64,000 nucleotides of DNA from an uncultured Acidobacteriota bacterium. Its GTDB lineage: Bacteria > Acidobacteriota > UBA6911 > RPQK01 > JAPXNP01. Below the pieces are notes generated by a model. It had not been told where the DNA came from and ran no database searches. It saw nothing but the letters and a program-made list of their open reading frames with translations. Positions 43,452 through 54,192 of this stretch are shown piece after piece. The stretch is from NCBI GenBank assembly GCA_963777605.1, contig CAVZRV010000015.1, forward strand, positions 160,284 to 224,283, read 5' to 3'. Within the stretch, counting starts at the first letter, position 1, and each line of letters opens with the position of its first letter. A program made the translations under genes and the position numbers.

Positions 43452-43984
43452 CCGGCAGAGATCCCGGCTACCTTGAGTTGGATCGCTGCCAAGTGTGATC
43501 TCGACTTCCTCCGTTCTCTCCTGCCTCCGACTGGGCACGGCCCTGGCCGCTGGACTGGAACCAGAAAGGCCGTTGCCCGTCGAGACACCCGCGATCAACC
43601 GAGCGGCCTTCGAGACGAAGTTGATCGTGCCCGAGCAGCGCCACCCGCCGGATGCCGAAATAGAACCCAATGCCGTCACTGTTGCACTCCAGGCCGTCCG
43701 CAAAAATCGCCCCAATCACGGAGCCGCCCGAAGCAGCAAAATGAACTTTGAGGGGTGCTCCCTCCGCTCTCAAGGGATACATATAGCTGACCCCCAAGCC
43801 TTGGAGAAATGAAAAAGAGTTGCAGAGAAGTTTACACCGAGTTGCTGCCGCCGTCAATATCCCGGAGATCCTCTCCCGAAGCGGAGCAGGCTGACGCGGA
43901 AATTTATCGCGCGGAAGTAGCGACCGTTGGATTGGGGATGGTGGGCTGAACCTTTTCTCTCTCGCCTTCGTTCTTACCGGGACA

Positions 43985-44190
43985 ATGGAAAAACACCTAT
44001 CCCTCTGTTTGATGCTCTCCGTCCTTGCTCCACCGGCTCGCAACGGCCGGCTATGTGGTCTTGGCCCCAATGTATCGGGGAAGCGACGGCGGGGAAGGAC
44101 GCGACGAAATGGGCGGTGCCGACCTCGACGACCTGCTCCACGTGGTCCCGTTGGTAGAGAGTTGGATGATGTGGCCTGGATGTTTAAAAT
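43985..44190 (+). pseudogene. Remnant of an S9/alpha-beta hydrolase
   Basis: [32 protein letters not shown] fragment, truncated before the catalytic Ser and overlapping the tRNA promoter. Confidence 0.6.
44162..44190 (+). promoter_or_regulatory. Sigma70-type promoter of tRNA-Arg
   Basis: TTGGAT-N17-TAAAAT, ending 9 bp before the tRNA. Confidence 0.5.
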
Positions 44191-44199
44191 CACGTCCGT

Positions 44200-44276
<77 letters not shown>

Positions 44277-44384
44277 CTTTCTTTTCAATGGCTTAGCCCA
44301 TCCTGCGAATTCTGGTCACAGGACCGTCTTTCCTGTTTGTGTCCTGCGGCCGCTCATGCGACCCCTTTCTTCTTCTCGGCTGTA

Positions 44385-44639
44385 TCACCGATTCGCCCTC
44401 AGCGAGTTAAGTTGACAGTACCGCAGTGCGTGAGATGAACACTTCGGGATGATTGGAAGCTGCAAAGGCACCCGGCCTTGGTGCTCGGGTGCCTTTCGAA
44501 AGAAGCGTGGAGCGCCCAGACGGTCTCTGCGCTTCGTGACCGGAATATCGATAACATCGCCATCCTGGTCGACCGCCAGCCATAGGTAGTGGCGTTCGCC
44601 CCTGATCGTATGGAGCAATTGTCGCTGACCACGGCTCAA
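44385..44639 (-). mobile_element. IS6-family transposase remnant
   Basis: IRGERHYLWLAVDQDGDVIDI...RRD...RFFRK matches the IS6/IS240 DDE core; both ends of the transposase are missing. Confidence 0.75.
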
Positions 44640-44661
44640 CTTGACAAAGCCGGGGTTTGGC

Positions 44662-47600
44662 TCAGCCCTGCTTCTTCTGGTCGAGGCAGTCTCTCACGAC
44701 GTTGGCGAGAACCGCCATCTTGAACGGCTTGGAGAGGTAGAGAACCCCCTCCCGGGTCAGCGCTCCCGACTGGACCATCTCCGTGCTGTAGCCGCTGGCA
44801 ATGATAGCGGCTAATGAAGGTTTCAGTTTCCGCAGCCGCACGATCAGTTCCAGTCCGGTCATCCCCTCAGGCATCACCATGTCCGTGAGTACCAAATCGA
44901 TTTCCGTTCCGTGCCTCTGCCACATAGCCATTGCTTCCTGCCCGTTGGCCGCCTCGTAAACCTGGTATCCGAGGCGGCCGAGCGTGCGGGCCGCCAGGCG
45001 GCGAAGGGTAACTTCGTCCTCCACAACCAGAATACATTCACTTCCCGTTTGAACCGGCGTGGGTACTCCCGGCTCCTCCTCTTCCGTTGTCTTACGTTCG
45101 AGTGCCGGTAAGAGCACCCGGAAAGTCGAACCCTGGCCCGGCTCACTTTCGACTTCCACCCACCCCCCGTGCTGAGCCGCAATTCCGTGGACGGTAGCCA
45201 ATCCGAGTCCGGTCCCCTTGCCGACCTCCTTGGTGGTGAAGAACGGCTCGAAGATTCGCTTCATGGTCTCTTCGTCCATCCCATAGCCTGAATCGGACAC
45301 GGCAAGCGAAACGCAGCGGCCGTTCTCTCGATTTCCCGGGCCTTCAACCTCAATGGCGTCCGGTTCTCTGATATCGGTTGTAATGGTGACCCGCCCGCCC
45401 TTGGGCATGGCGTCGCGGGCGTTGACCACCAGGTTCATCAGGATCTGTTCCACCATCCCGACGTCCGCTTCGACAAGCGGCAGAGCCGTTTTCCCGTCAA
45501 ATCGGAGGTCGATATGCTCTCCGATCAGGCGCCGTAGCATTTTGAGCAGGTTGGCAACCGTCTCGTTGACGTCCAGCGGCTTCATGTCGAGGACCGAGCG
45601 GCGGCTGAACATCAGTAACTGCCGGGTCAGCGAGGCCGCACGGTGGGCTTCTTCTTCGAGATCCTTGAGGGCATGGCGAGTCTCGTCGTCAATGCCCGGG
45701 GTCATCTTTAGAAGATCCAGATTCATCATGATGGCAGCCAGGATGTTGTTGAAGTCGTGGGCGATCCCCCCGGCCAATTGGCCAATTCCCTCGAGCTTCT
45801 GCGACTGTCGCAGTTCGGCTTCGAGCCGCTTCCGGTCGCTGATGTCAACCGAGAGAATGAAGATCCCCTCAGCAACCGGTTGCATCGAGCAACTGGAACC
45901 AGCCCCGCGAACCGTCCGAAGAGACGAATTCAGTCTCGATCTCCTGCGGACACGCGATCGACCATGCACTTCTTCAATGCCGAGAACATCTCTGTGTTCT
46001 CGATACCCGGATAGCACTCCATCATGGTCCGGCCCACCAGGATGTTGGACTTCCGTACGACCCTGTTTTGCAGCAGTCGTCGTTGACGTACCGGTACCGC
46101 CAGTCAAACCCGATCAATTGGCATCCTTCGAGCATGTTGTCGAGAGTGCTGCGGAAACGCTCCTCGCTCTCCCGGAGAGCCTCCTCCGAACGCTTTCGCT
46201 CGGTGATGTCCTCAATAGTCGCCATGGTGCGGATTGGCTGTCCGGTATCGTCCCGGTGCACCGTCATGTTGACGCTCACCCAGACCACGGAGGCATCTTT
46301 CCGGATGTAACGCTTTTCGAGGTGGTAGCTGGGTGCTTCACCCCGGACAACCTCCTGAAACAGATCGGTGTCGAGTGGCCGGTCGTCCGGGTGCGTCAAG
46401 TCGGCGATTTGCATTCTCAGCAGTTCATCCTCCGAATAGCCGGTGATCTCGCGCAGTTTCCGGTTCACGCGCTCGACCCGGCCGGTCCGGGGATTGGCCT
46501 GGACCATCCCGATCGAGGCCACCTCGAACATCGCCCGAAACTCCTCTTCACTCTGCTCGAAGCGCGAGTTCGGCGTTCATCCGGTCGGTAATCACCTCCG
46601 ACATGATGATCAGCCCCCCGATTTCGTCTCCGCCCGCATGCCAGGGTCGGATCTCCCAGCGCACCCAGGTCCACGGTCCCACTTGCCCGGGGGAACGGAT
46701 CGGCCTCGCATCGTTCCACGGCCCCCGCAAGGCAACGCCGGTGGATCTCCTTCCAGCGTTCCGGGATTTCGGGAAAGACCTCGTAGTGGCTCCGGCCGAC
46801 GAGATTCTGTTCGGGCAACTCGTAGTCGGTCAGCCACCGGCGACTAACGATGATGTACCGCATGTCCCGATCGAGCATGGCGATAGCGGCCGGACTGTGC
46901 TCGACGAACAACCGAAGCTGCTCGTTGCGCTCCCTGAGCGCCGCCTCGGCCCGCTTACTTTCAGAGATGTCCCGACAGACACAAAAGATCAGCTTGCGCC
47001 CCTCAATAATCGCGCCGTTAGTACTGATCTCAACATCGTAGCAGGAGCCGTCCTTGCGCCGGTGTCGAGTCACGAAGTGATCCCCATCGGAGTCCACCGT
47101 TCGAAGCATCTCTTCGACCTGGTCTTGGCTGTATTGATCCTCCCAATCTGAGATGTGGAGTTTGCGGACTTCCTCGGGCGTGTACCCAAGCATCTCGGCA
47201 TACCGCTCGTTGGCTTCGTACACATTCCCACTTTGATCGAGAACCACGATCCCGTCCCTGGACTGCTCGATCAGGATGCGGCGGCGGACAGCCTCTTCTC
47301 CCAGCGCTTTTCGACTTTCTTGCGCTCGGTAACATCCTGAACAAACCCATGCCAGAGAATGCTTCCATCCGGTTCCCGGCGGGGAAGCGAGTGCCCCTCC
47401 AGCCAGCAGCTCGCCTTTGCGGGGGTGGCGCACCCGGAACGTTTCCCTCCATGGGGTGAGCGCCCGGGACGACTCAGCGATACTTGCCTCGACCCGCTGG
47501 ATGTCATCCGGATCGACCAGCGCAAAGGCGGGCGTAAAGTCGTCCACTACTTCCTCAGGGCGCAACCCGAACAACTCCTCGATCATCGGCGTGACGAAAG

Positions 47601-49611
47601 GCATTTCGGTGGAGCCGTCAGGCCGGAGACGAAACGAGTAGATCATCCCCGGTACGGTGGCTGCGATCTGCGCAATTTGCTCCTGGAGCAGCATGCGCGC
47701 GTTCAGGGCTTCCTGCGCCTGCTTGCGTTCGGAAATGTCCTGTGCGGTGGCAACCCTGTAAAGTGGCTTTCCAGTTTCGTCGCGCACGCTGACAATGTCC
47801 ATTTGAACGGGAAAACTTGTTCCATCGCTTCTGACCATGCGGGCTTCGTATCGCACTTGGCCTGTCCGATCGGCCTCGTCCAGCGCACGGTTGATGAGCT
47901 CGTAGTCTTCGTTCGCATAGAGGCTCAGTATCGGCGCGTTCTGCACCTCTTCGATCGAACGTCCCACCATGCGAGCCAGCGCCGGGTTGGCCGCCAGGAT
48001 GCGGTTCACGCCCGGAATCCCCAAGCCGATGCCGTGGGCACAGTTTTGAAATGCATCCGCCCACTGGCGTAGCTGCGCTTCAGCTTCCTTTCGGGAGGTG
48101 ATATCGGTCAGCATGGCAAACGAGCCGTCGAATTTGCCGTCACTGTCCAGGATCGGCTTTGCGGACACGAATGCCCAAACAACACTCCCATCCTCCCTTA
48201 CAAGGCGACGTTCGTAGACCTCGGCCTTACCATCGTGCCGCCGGCTCATGCGCTCATGTAAGAAATGGAAGGTCCTCTGGAAAGAAGGATTCGTCTACCC
48301 TCCGTCCCACCAGTTCCTCCGGCTGCTGCGCCGAGCATCTCGGCCATGGCCTGGTTGACAAAGGTGGTGCGATGGTCGCGATCGATAACCCAGACTCCCT
48401 CGTTGGCCGTCTCAACCAACAACTGGTAGCGCTCCCGGCTCGCCGCCAGCTGTTCTTCGGCCCGTCTTCGCTCGGCGATGCTCCAGGCCAGATCGGCCAG
48501 GCGGGTGACCATCCGAACATCGTCCTCATCGTAATCCTGCGGCTTGTTGCCGACTCCCAGAATGGCGACGATTTGTTCTCCACGAAATACCGGCACCACC
48601 AGTTCACGGACCACCCGGGCATGTCCATCCGGAAGGCCTCCGCGGTGCGGAGAGTGCCTCGTAATCATTGTGAATCACGGGCCGGCGTTGACGGATACAG
48701 TCGACCCACACCCCGGCCTCGTCCAGATCGTAAGTGGCGTCCCTTGCCCTCCGCCTGGCACATCTCGCCGGTCGTACGCGTAGACCAGGCCTGGAGAGAC
48801 AGAGTCTTTTGGTCCGCCTCGAGAAAGTGGTAGAAGCCGACACGGCTCCCCGTGAGTTCCTCCGCTTCGTCAACGGTTTTGACCAGCAACTCGTCCAGGG
48901 AATGGGAGAAGGAATACTCAAGCAGCCTCAGGCGCGCCTGCATGACGCGCTCCTCCCGATCCTTTTCGGAGAGATCCGCATGCGTTCCGATGACCCTCAG
49001 CGGCTTCCCGGACGCGGTTCGACGAACGACTTTTCCGCGGGCACGGACCCACTTGTACGTCCCGTCCCTGCAGCGGAGGCGAAAATCGGAGGTATAGCCC
49101 GCCGTATCGCCGTCGAGATGTTCCTGGAGAGCCTGCCTGGCTCGAGCCAGGTCGTCGGGATGGACCAGGGATTCCCACGCCTCGAAATCACGACCAATCT
49201 CGTCCGGCGCAAAGCCGATCATCGGTCTTCCAGGAATCGCTGTAGAACACCTCGCCAGAATCGCGATGCCAGTCCCAAACTACCGACACCGGAACCTTCA
49301 ATGGCGAACTGCCAGCGTTCCTCACTCTCACGAATCTCACGGGACGACCGTCGGATCTCACGGAAGTAACGGTTCAATGCCCACCAGAGCAGAAGGGCGG
49401 TCACCAGAACGAAGAGCCAGCCTTTGACGTTCTCGAGCAAGTTGATCCAGGCTCGATCCTTCACTGCGTAGTGCAGCAACCAGTCCGTAGCAAAGATCCA
49501 GGATGCTCCCACGACCGCGTACCAGACCGCCACTTTGACGGCCGCGCTTCGCCCGGGAACAGTGTGAACAACCGGCTTGCTGGAGGCCGCGGCAGAGTTA
49601 GGCTTGGCCAC
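44662..49611 (-). CDS. Membrane-anchored multi-PAS/GAF hybrid histidine kinase-receiver, multiple frameshifts
   Basis: Two TM helices, many PAS/PAC units (DITERK-type ends), a GAF (VAILGVGNK), [12 protein letters not shown]-box, [20 protein letters not shown], receiver VEDE..TDMVMP..KPF. Spread over six or more ORFs. Confidence 0.9.
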
Positions 49612-49843
49612 GGTTAAAGACCTCGGTTGATGTCAAGGAAAACATCGGCGTCACAAGTGGGCCCCTCCCTTCCGAGTTTCCTACTGTAACAAGTGGAGAA
49701 TTGAGAGGCTACGGGCAATTCCAGAAAGCGCGTGCGAGTCGGATCAGAATGGAAGTCTCGGTTCACCGCTCTTTGTGCGAACCGCGGACTTTCCAGCGGC
49801 CCAACGGGGCCCTGCGGGAGGCCGGGAGCGCTGAATTTGAGCC

Positions 49844-50293
49844 TCAATACAGCACATACCAGAGCCATGTTGGAACCTCGCGGTCGAACCGCTCGGCATC
49901 GAGCCAGAAACACCGGGTCTTTTCGTCCCCCAGGGTGCTGCGAACACTGGTTCTGGCAAGGTAATTGGGAAGGTCACTGAGCACGTCAATCCAGGGCCGT
50001 TTCACCTCGGTTTTGTCAAACACCAGTTGTCCAACTCGAGTGCGATCTGCCTTCCATGCCCGTGCCGTAGCAAGGTCGGGCATAGACCGGTGGCTTCTGT
50101 TCAGTTCAGCCAACTGCTGTCGGCTGAGTTCCTGCTGGTAGTACTGGCGAATTCTCTGCTCCGCTGCGGCCGGTGTCATGCCTGACAGCAGGTAATCGGG
50201 CAGCGTGAACGCCAGGATGATCGTGGCCAGGCCGGTCAGGCCCGTCAGGCTCACCGCCACACCTGCACGGCTTCGAATGAACAAAATCCACAT
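49844..50293 (-). CDS. Hypothetical membrane-anchored protein
   Basis: 149-aa ORF with one N-terminal hydrophobic helix, filling the intergenic gap; no recognisable motif. Confidence 0.5.
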   Translation of the reverse strand: MWILFIRSRAGVAVSLTGLTGLATIILAFTLPDYLLSGMTPAAAEQRIRQYYQQELSRQQLAELNRSHRSMPDLATARAWKADRTRVGQLVFDKTEVKRPWIDVLSDLPNYLARTSVRSTLGDEKTRCFWLDAERFDREVPTWLWYVLY

Positions 50294-50491
50294 CTGCTGC
50301 TTAATATCGGCGAAAATTCAGAGTTTTGTAGGATCAGCCAGAAGGCGGCCTCCCCGGAGTATAAATCTCTCGTTGACAGTTTCACCTCCATTTTCCGCCT
50401 TTCCAGTTAACGGCAACAAGACTCAGAACGAATCTGTGGGGACAGGTTGAAATGCTTGGCACAGTGCCGGGCTTGAAGGCGGGGCACTAGA

Positions 50492-52622
50492 ATGCTGTCT
50501 GATAAGACTCCTGCCGTAACTGCCGGCTTGCTGGTGGCTCTGCTCATGATTGCAGGACAAGTCGCGGGCAAGGCGACCCGTGATGCACTGTTCCTCACGA
50601 ATTTTCCGGTTACCGCTTTGCCGACGATCATGGTGGGGGCGGCCGCCGCCTCCCTCGGCGTGGTTCTTTTGGCATCCCGCACAATGGCTTTGCACGGTCC
50701 CCACCGGATTATTCCCCTGGCCTTTGCAGCCAGCGGGTTGGGGCTTGTTGGCGAGTGGTACCTGCTCTCTATCTCCCCGCATCTGGCAGCCGTCCTGGTC
50801 TACCTCCACGAAACGGTCGCTGGCTCGATTCTGATCTCCGGCTTCTGGTCAATTGTCAATGAGTCGTTTGAACCCCGTGCCGCGAAACGGTGTATCGCCT
50901 ACTTCGGCTGTGCGGGCACTGCGGGAGGCCTGGCCGGATGCATCCTCGCCCAGTGGACGGCATCGAGCTTCTCGATCGCGGCAATGCTCCCGATCCTGGC
51001 CCTGATGCACTTTTTCTGCGCTTGGTTTGTGAGGGGAATCCGGACCATCCCATCCGGATCCCTAACAGACGAAGATCAGAATGCCGCCATCGCGGAAGAA
51101 TCGCGTGCGTTCGGTTTTGCCTTCCGGGTCCTTCGCCAGACCTCGTACGCCCGAGACCTGGCGTTGTTAATTCTGCTTTCTGCCGGGACCGCGGTCCTCG
51201 TGAACTACACCTTCAAGGTGCGTGCAGCGTCGATCTACCAGGGAGAGGACCTGCTCCGCTTCTTTGCCGGTTTCTACACGATCGCGAGCCTCCTCACGTT
51301 CCTGGTCCAATCGACGCTGAGCCGTTTCGTTCTCGACCGGCTCGGGGGAGCAAGAACGGTGGCGGTCTTGCCGTTGGCCGTGGGTACGAGCTCAGTTCTG
51401 GGAGTCCTGTTTCCGGGTCTCGCCAGCGCAGCCTTCGTTGGAGGGATCGAATCAGTCACCCGGAACTCACTCTTCCGGGCCGGCTACGAGACTCTTTACG
51501 TTCCTGTTTCCAGACGGGTCAAGCGGAGTGTCAAGTCCATTATTGACGTTGGATTCGACCGTCTCGGCAGCGTGGCCGGAGCCGGCTCAATTCAGGTCTT
51601 TTTACTCTTCGGGGGCGCCGTCTCAGGCAACCTGATCCTCACTGCCGCCGTCGCCGTCTCGATTTGTGCGCTCATGGTCGCCGTCCGGTTGCGGCGCGGC
51701 TACATCGACGCGCTCGAGAGACGCCTTGTCCTTTACTCCGGCTCCGACGAGCCGGCCGGCGAATGGAGGGATCCGGAATTCTGCGCCGGACTCCTCGGAG
51801 CTCATCGACGATGTCAATCCCCTGGAGTTCGCGGCGTCCGAGCGGGGCTTCATTCTGACCGTGGTCCGGCCTGAACATCAACCCGCCATTTACTCACCAC
51901 GAGCCGGATCTGAAGATCCCGTCTCGGGGCAATTTGCCGATCTTCGTTCCGGAGACCCTCATAAGGTAAGGAAAGTTCTCTCCACGTCGAGGTTGAACTC
52001 GGTCCTCGCACCGCAGGTCATCCAACTTCTTGCCTGGGACGCAGTCTCTTCGGAAGCCCTGCTCGCACTGGAGCGCATCGCAGCTTCAATTGAGGGCCTC
52101 CTGAGCGACAGGCTCCTGGACGAGAAGAACAACCCCAGGATTCGCAGCCTCATAACCCGGATTCTTGCCTCCTTTCCATCGGAAGTGTCGGTTCAAGCAC
52201 TCTTGAAAGGACTCGGAGATTCCGAATTCGAAGTCCGGTTTCATTGCGGGCGCGCCCTGGCGAGAATCCGAAGCGAGAGCCCGGACGTCAGAATTCAGCC
52301 CGATGCTGTTTACGACGCACTGAGAACCGAGTTGGAGGGTGATGGATTCCTGGTCGGCCGGCAGAATCTGACCGAGAAACCGGAGAAATCCTATCTAACA
52401 GAGGGCATTCCGCCAGACCAGGTAAACTGGCGTCTCGAACACACCTTCATGATCCTCTCCCTGGTGGTTGCACGTGAGCCACTTCGGATCGCGTTCCGCG
52501 GCCTGCATTCGATGGAGATCTCCGTCAGGGGAACCGCAGTTGAATACCTCTCGAGCCTGCTGCCCGGCCAGATTCGCCCCACCCTGTTGCCCATCGTGGA
52601 ACGAATCGCCCGACAATCGTAG
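50492..52622 (+). CDS. TLC/Npt-like (ATP/ADP translocase-like) transporter fused to HEAT repeats, frameshift about 51770
   Basis: KATRDALFL, FWSIVNESFEPRAAKR, FFAGFY, LYVPV..K..IDVGFDRLG, Y..AL; HEAT-like ALLKGLGDSEFEVRFHCGRAL in ORF 51666-52622. Confidence 0.75.
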
Positions 52623-52827
52623 CCCCCGCGCCGCCCTTTGTCTCCTTGCCCGGCGTCTTGTCAAGCTTTCCCAGGAAGCCCCGGGAATTCAGACATTTCC
52701 GTGATGAGAGAGCCGCGGGACGGCCGACGGCGCGAATCGCTGATCATCCGACGAAAAGGAGAATCATGATCTGTCGGTTGGACGGCAGGACGCACCGGCG
52801 GTTGCACGGTGTGATCGGAGTGGATTC

Positions 52828-52865
52828 AGCCGGGGGCACTGGATCAAGTCGCGGTGCCCCCGGCT
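52828..52865. terminator. 12-bp GC-rich hairpin between convergent genes
   Basis: agccgggggcac-N14-gtgcccccggct; no clear U-tract on either side. Confidence 0.4.
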
Positions 52866-52914
52866 TCGGGTGGAGATCAAACCAGGGTTGAGGCCTGGAC
52901 GACGGGCAGATAAT

Positions 52915-53310
52915 TCAGTGTTCCAGCTTCGTAATCTTCACGTTCTCGTGGACGTGTTCTTCAGGTGTGGCCCGGATCTGGAATCCGTCAGCGCCCCGCA
53001 TGTAGACCTCGGACAGGTACCGAACCTTGTTGATTGAATCAAAGACCACACCGCCGTCATTTCGGCCGGAAAGGCGGGTGACAAACGTGATGAACTGTTT
53101 CTCGTTCGTCTTGGCGTCGTACAGGGCGAGGTGGCGAGAGTCTCGACCATCGTACACGAGCCGGTAGTCTCCCGCCGGAAGCAGTTGATCTCCGACTTTG
53201 AATGGAAAGGAGACTTTAAAAGACAATGACATGTTGTTCTGGGCCAAGGTCAGGTTAACACCAGAAATCAAAAGGACTACAGCAGCCAGCAACCAAAATT
53301 GTTTCTTCAT
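52915..53310 (-). CDS. Secreted protein, PF-F-VG...LPAG-Y family
   Basis: MKKQFWLLAAVVLL signal peptide, VSFPFKVGDQLLPAGDY, VVF...RYLSEV. Confidence 0.78.
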   Translation of the reverse strand: MKKQFWLLAAVVLLISGVNLTLAQNNMSLSFKVSFPFKVGDQLLPAGDYRLVYDGRDSRHLALYDAKTNEKQFITFVTRLSGRNDGGVVFDSINKVRYLSEVYMRGADGFQIRATPEEHVHENVKITKLEH

Positions 53311-53566
53311 GGATTCGTTTCCTCTGTGCCAAGGGTTTGAAGGGTCGGGTTCTTTTACTCGTCTAACAAATAAAGCGTAAAATAGACACATAACCGTCAA
53401 CCGAGCAAAAAGAATTTAATCCGACAGCTAAGATGGGCGGCGGACGCAAAGCCGCGAATCCTGTACATCGCCTGAAACATTCTTGAGCGGAGATTTGTCG
53501 GTACCTGAAATCTTCAGCCTCTGTTAAACTTGCCAACTATTCCCAGTGAGAGTCGGAATCAAGACC

Positions 53567-54192
53567 ATGGATAGCCCTGTTCCTCAAGACATTACGCGAA
53601 TCCTGCGAGAATGGACCAGCGGCGATCAATCGGCTCTCGAGAGGTTGACACCGATGGTATTTGACGAACTCCATCGAATTGCCCACCGATACATGACGGG
53701 CGAGCACAATTCGCTGACCCTCCAGACTTCAGGGCTTGTCAACGAGGCGTTCATGCGCCTGGTTGACGTGAAGGAGATTGACTGGCGCGATCGGGCCCAT
53801 TTTTTCGCCATTTCGGCAACATTGATGCGCCAGATCCTGGTCGATTTTGCCAGGAGCCGGCGCGCTCAGAAGCGGGGGGAGAAGCAGTCCGCATTCCGGT
53901 TCAGGCCCTCGGAGACATCTCCGACGGGAACAGAACAGACCTGGTTGCACTGGACGATGCCCTCAAGTCTCTTGCCCGACTTGATTCCAGGCAGTGTCGG
54001 GTCGTCGAACTCCGATTCTTTGGAGGGATGACGATCGAGGAAACCGCGTCGGTCCTGAGCGTCTCTCCGGGTACGGTCCGGCGGGACTGGAGGATGGCCA
54101 GAGCCTGGCTCTACCGGGAGTTAACTTCCGAGACTCAAAACGGTGGAGGGGGTACCAACCATTACCAGGTCGGGAATGGCAATTCTGAATGA
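53567..54192 (+). CDS. ECF sigma factor (TIGR02999-type), frameshift in the G-run at about 53875
   Basis: ITRILREW..GDQSALERL, TLQTSGLVNEAFMRL, RAHFF, MRQILVDFAR..AQKRG; shifted frame gives LVALDDAL..RVVELRFFGGMTIEETA..TVRRDWRMARAWL; TGA at 54190-54192. Confidence 0.9.

Noticed and set aside
43452-43980. ORFs between PDRP and tRNA-Arg (43468-44193 -, 43495-43812 +)
   Set aside because: No motifs, conflicting frames, and one overlaps the hydrolase remnant antisense.
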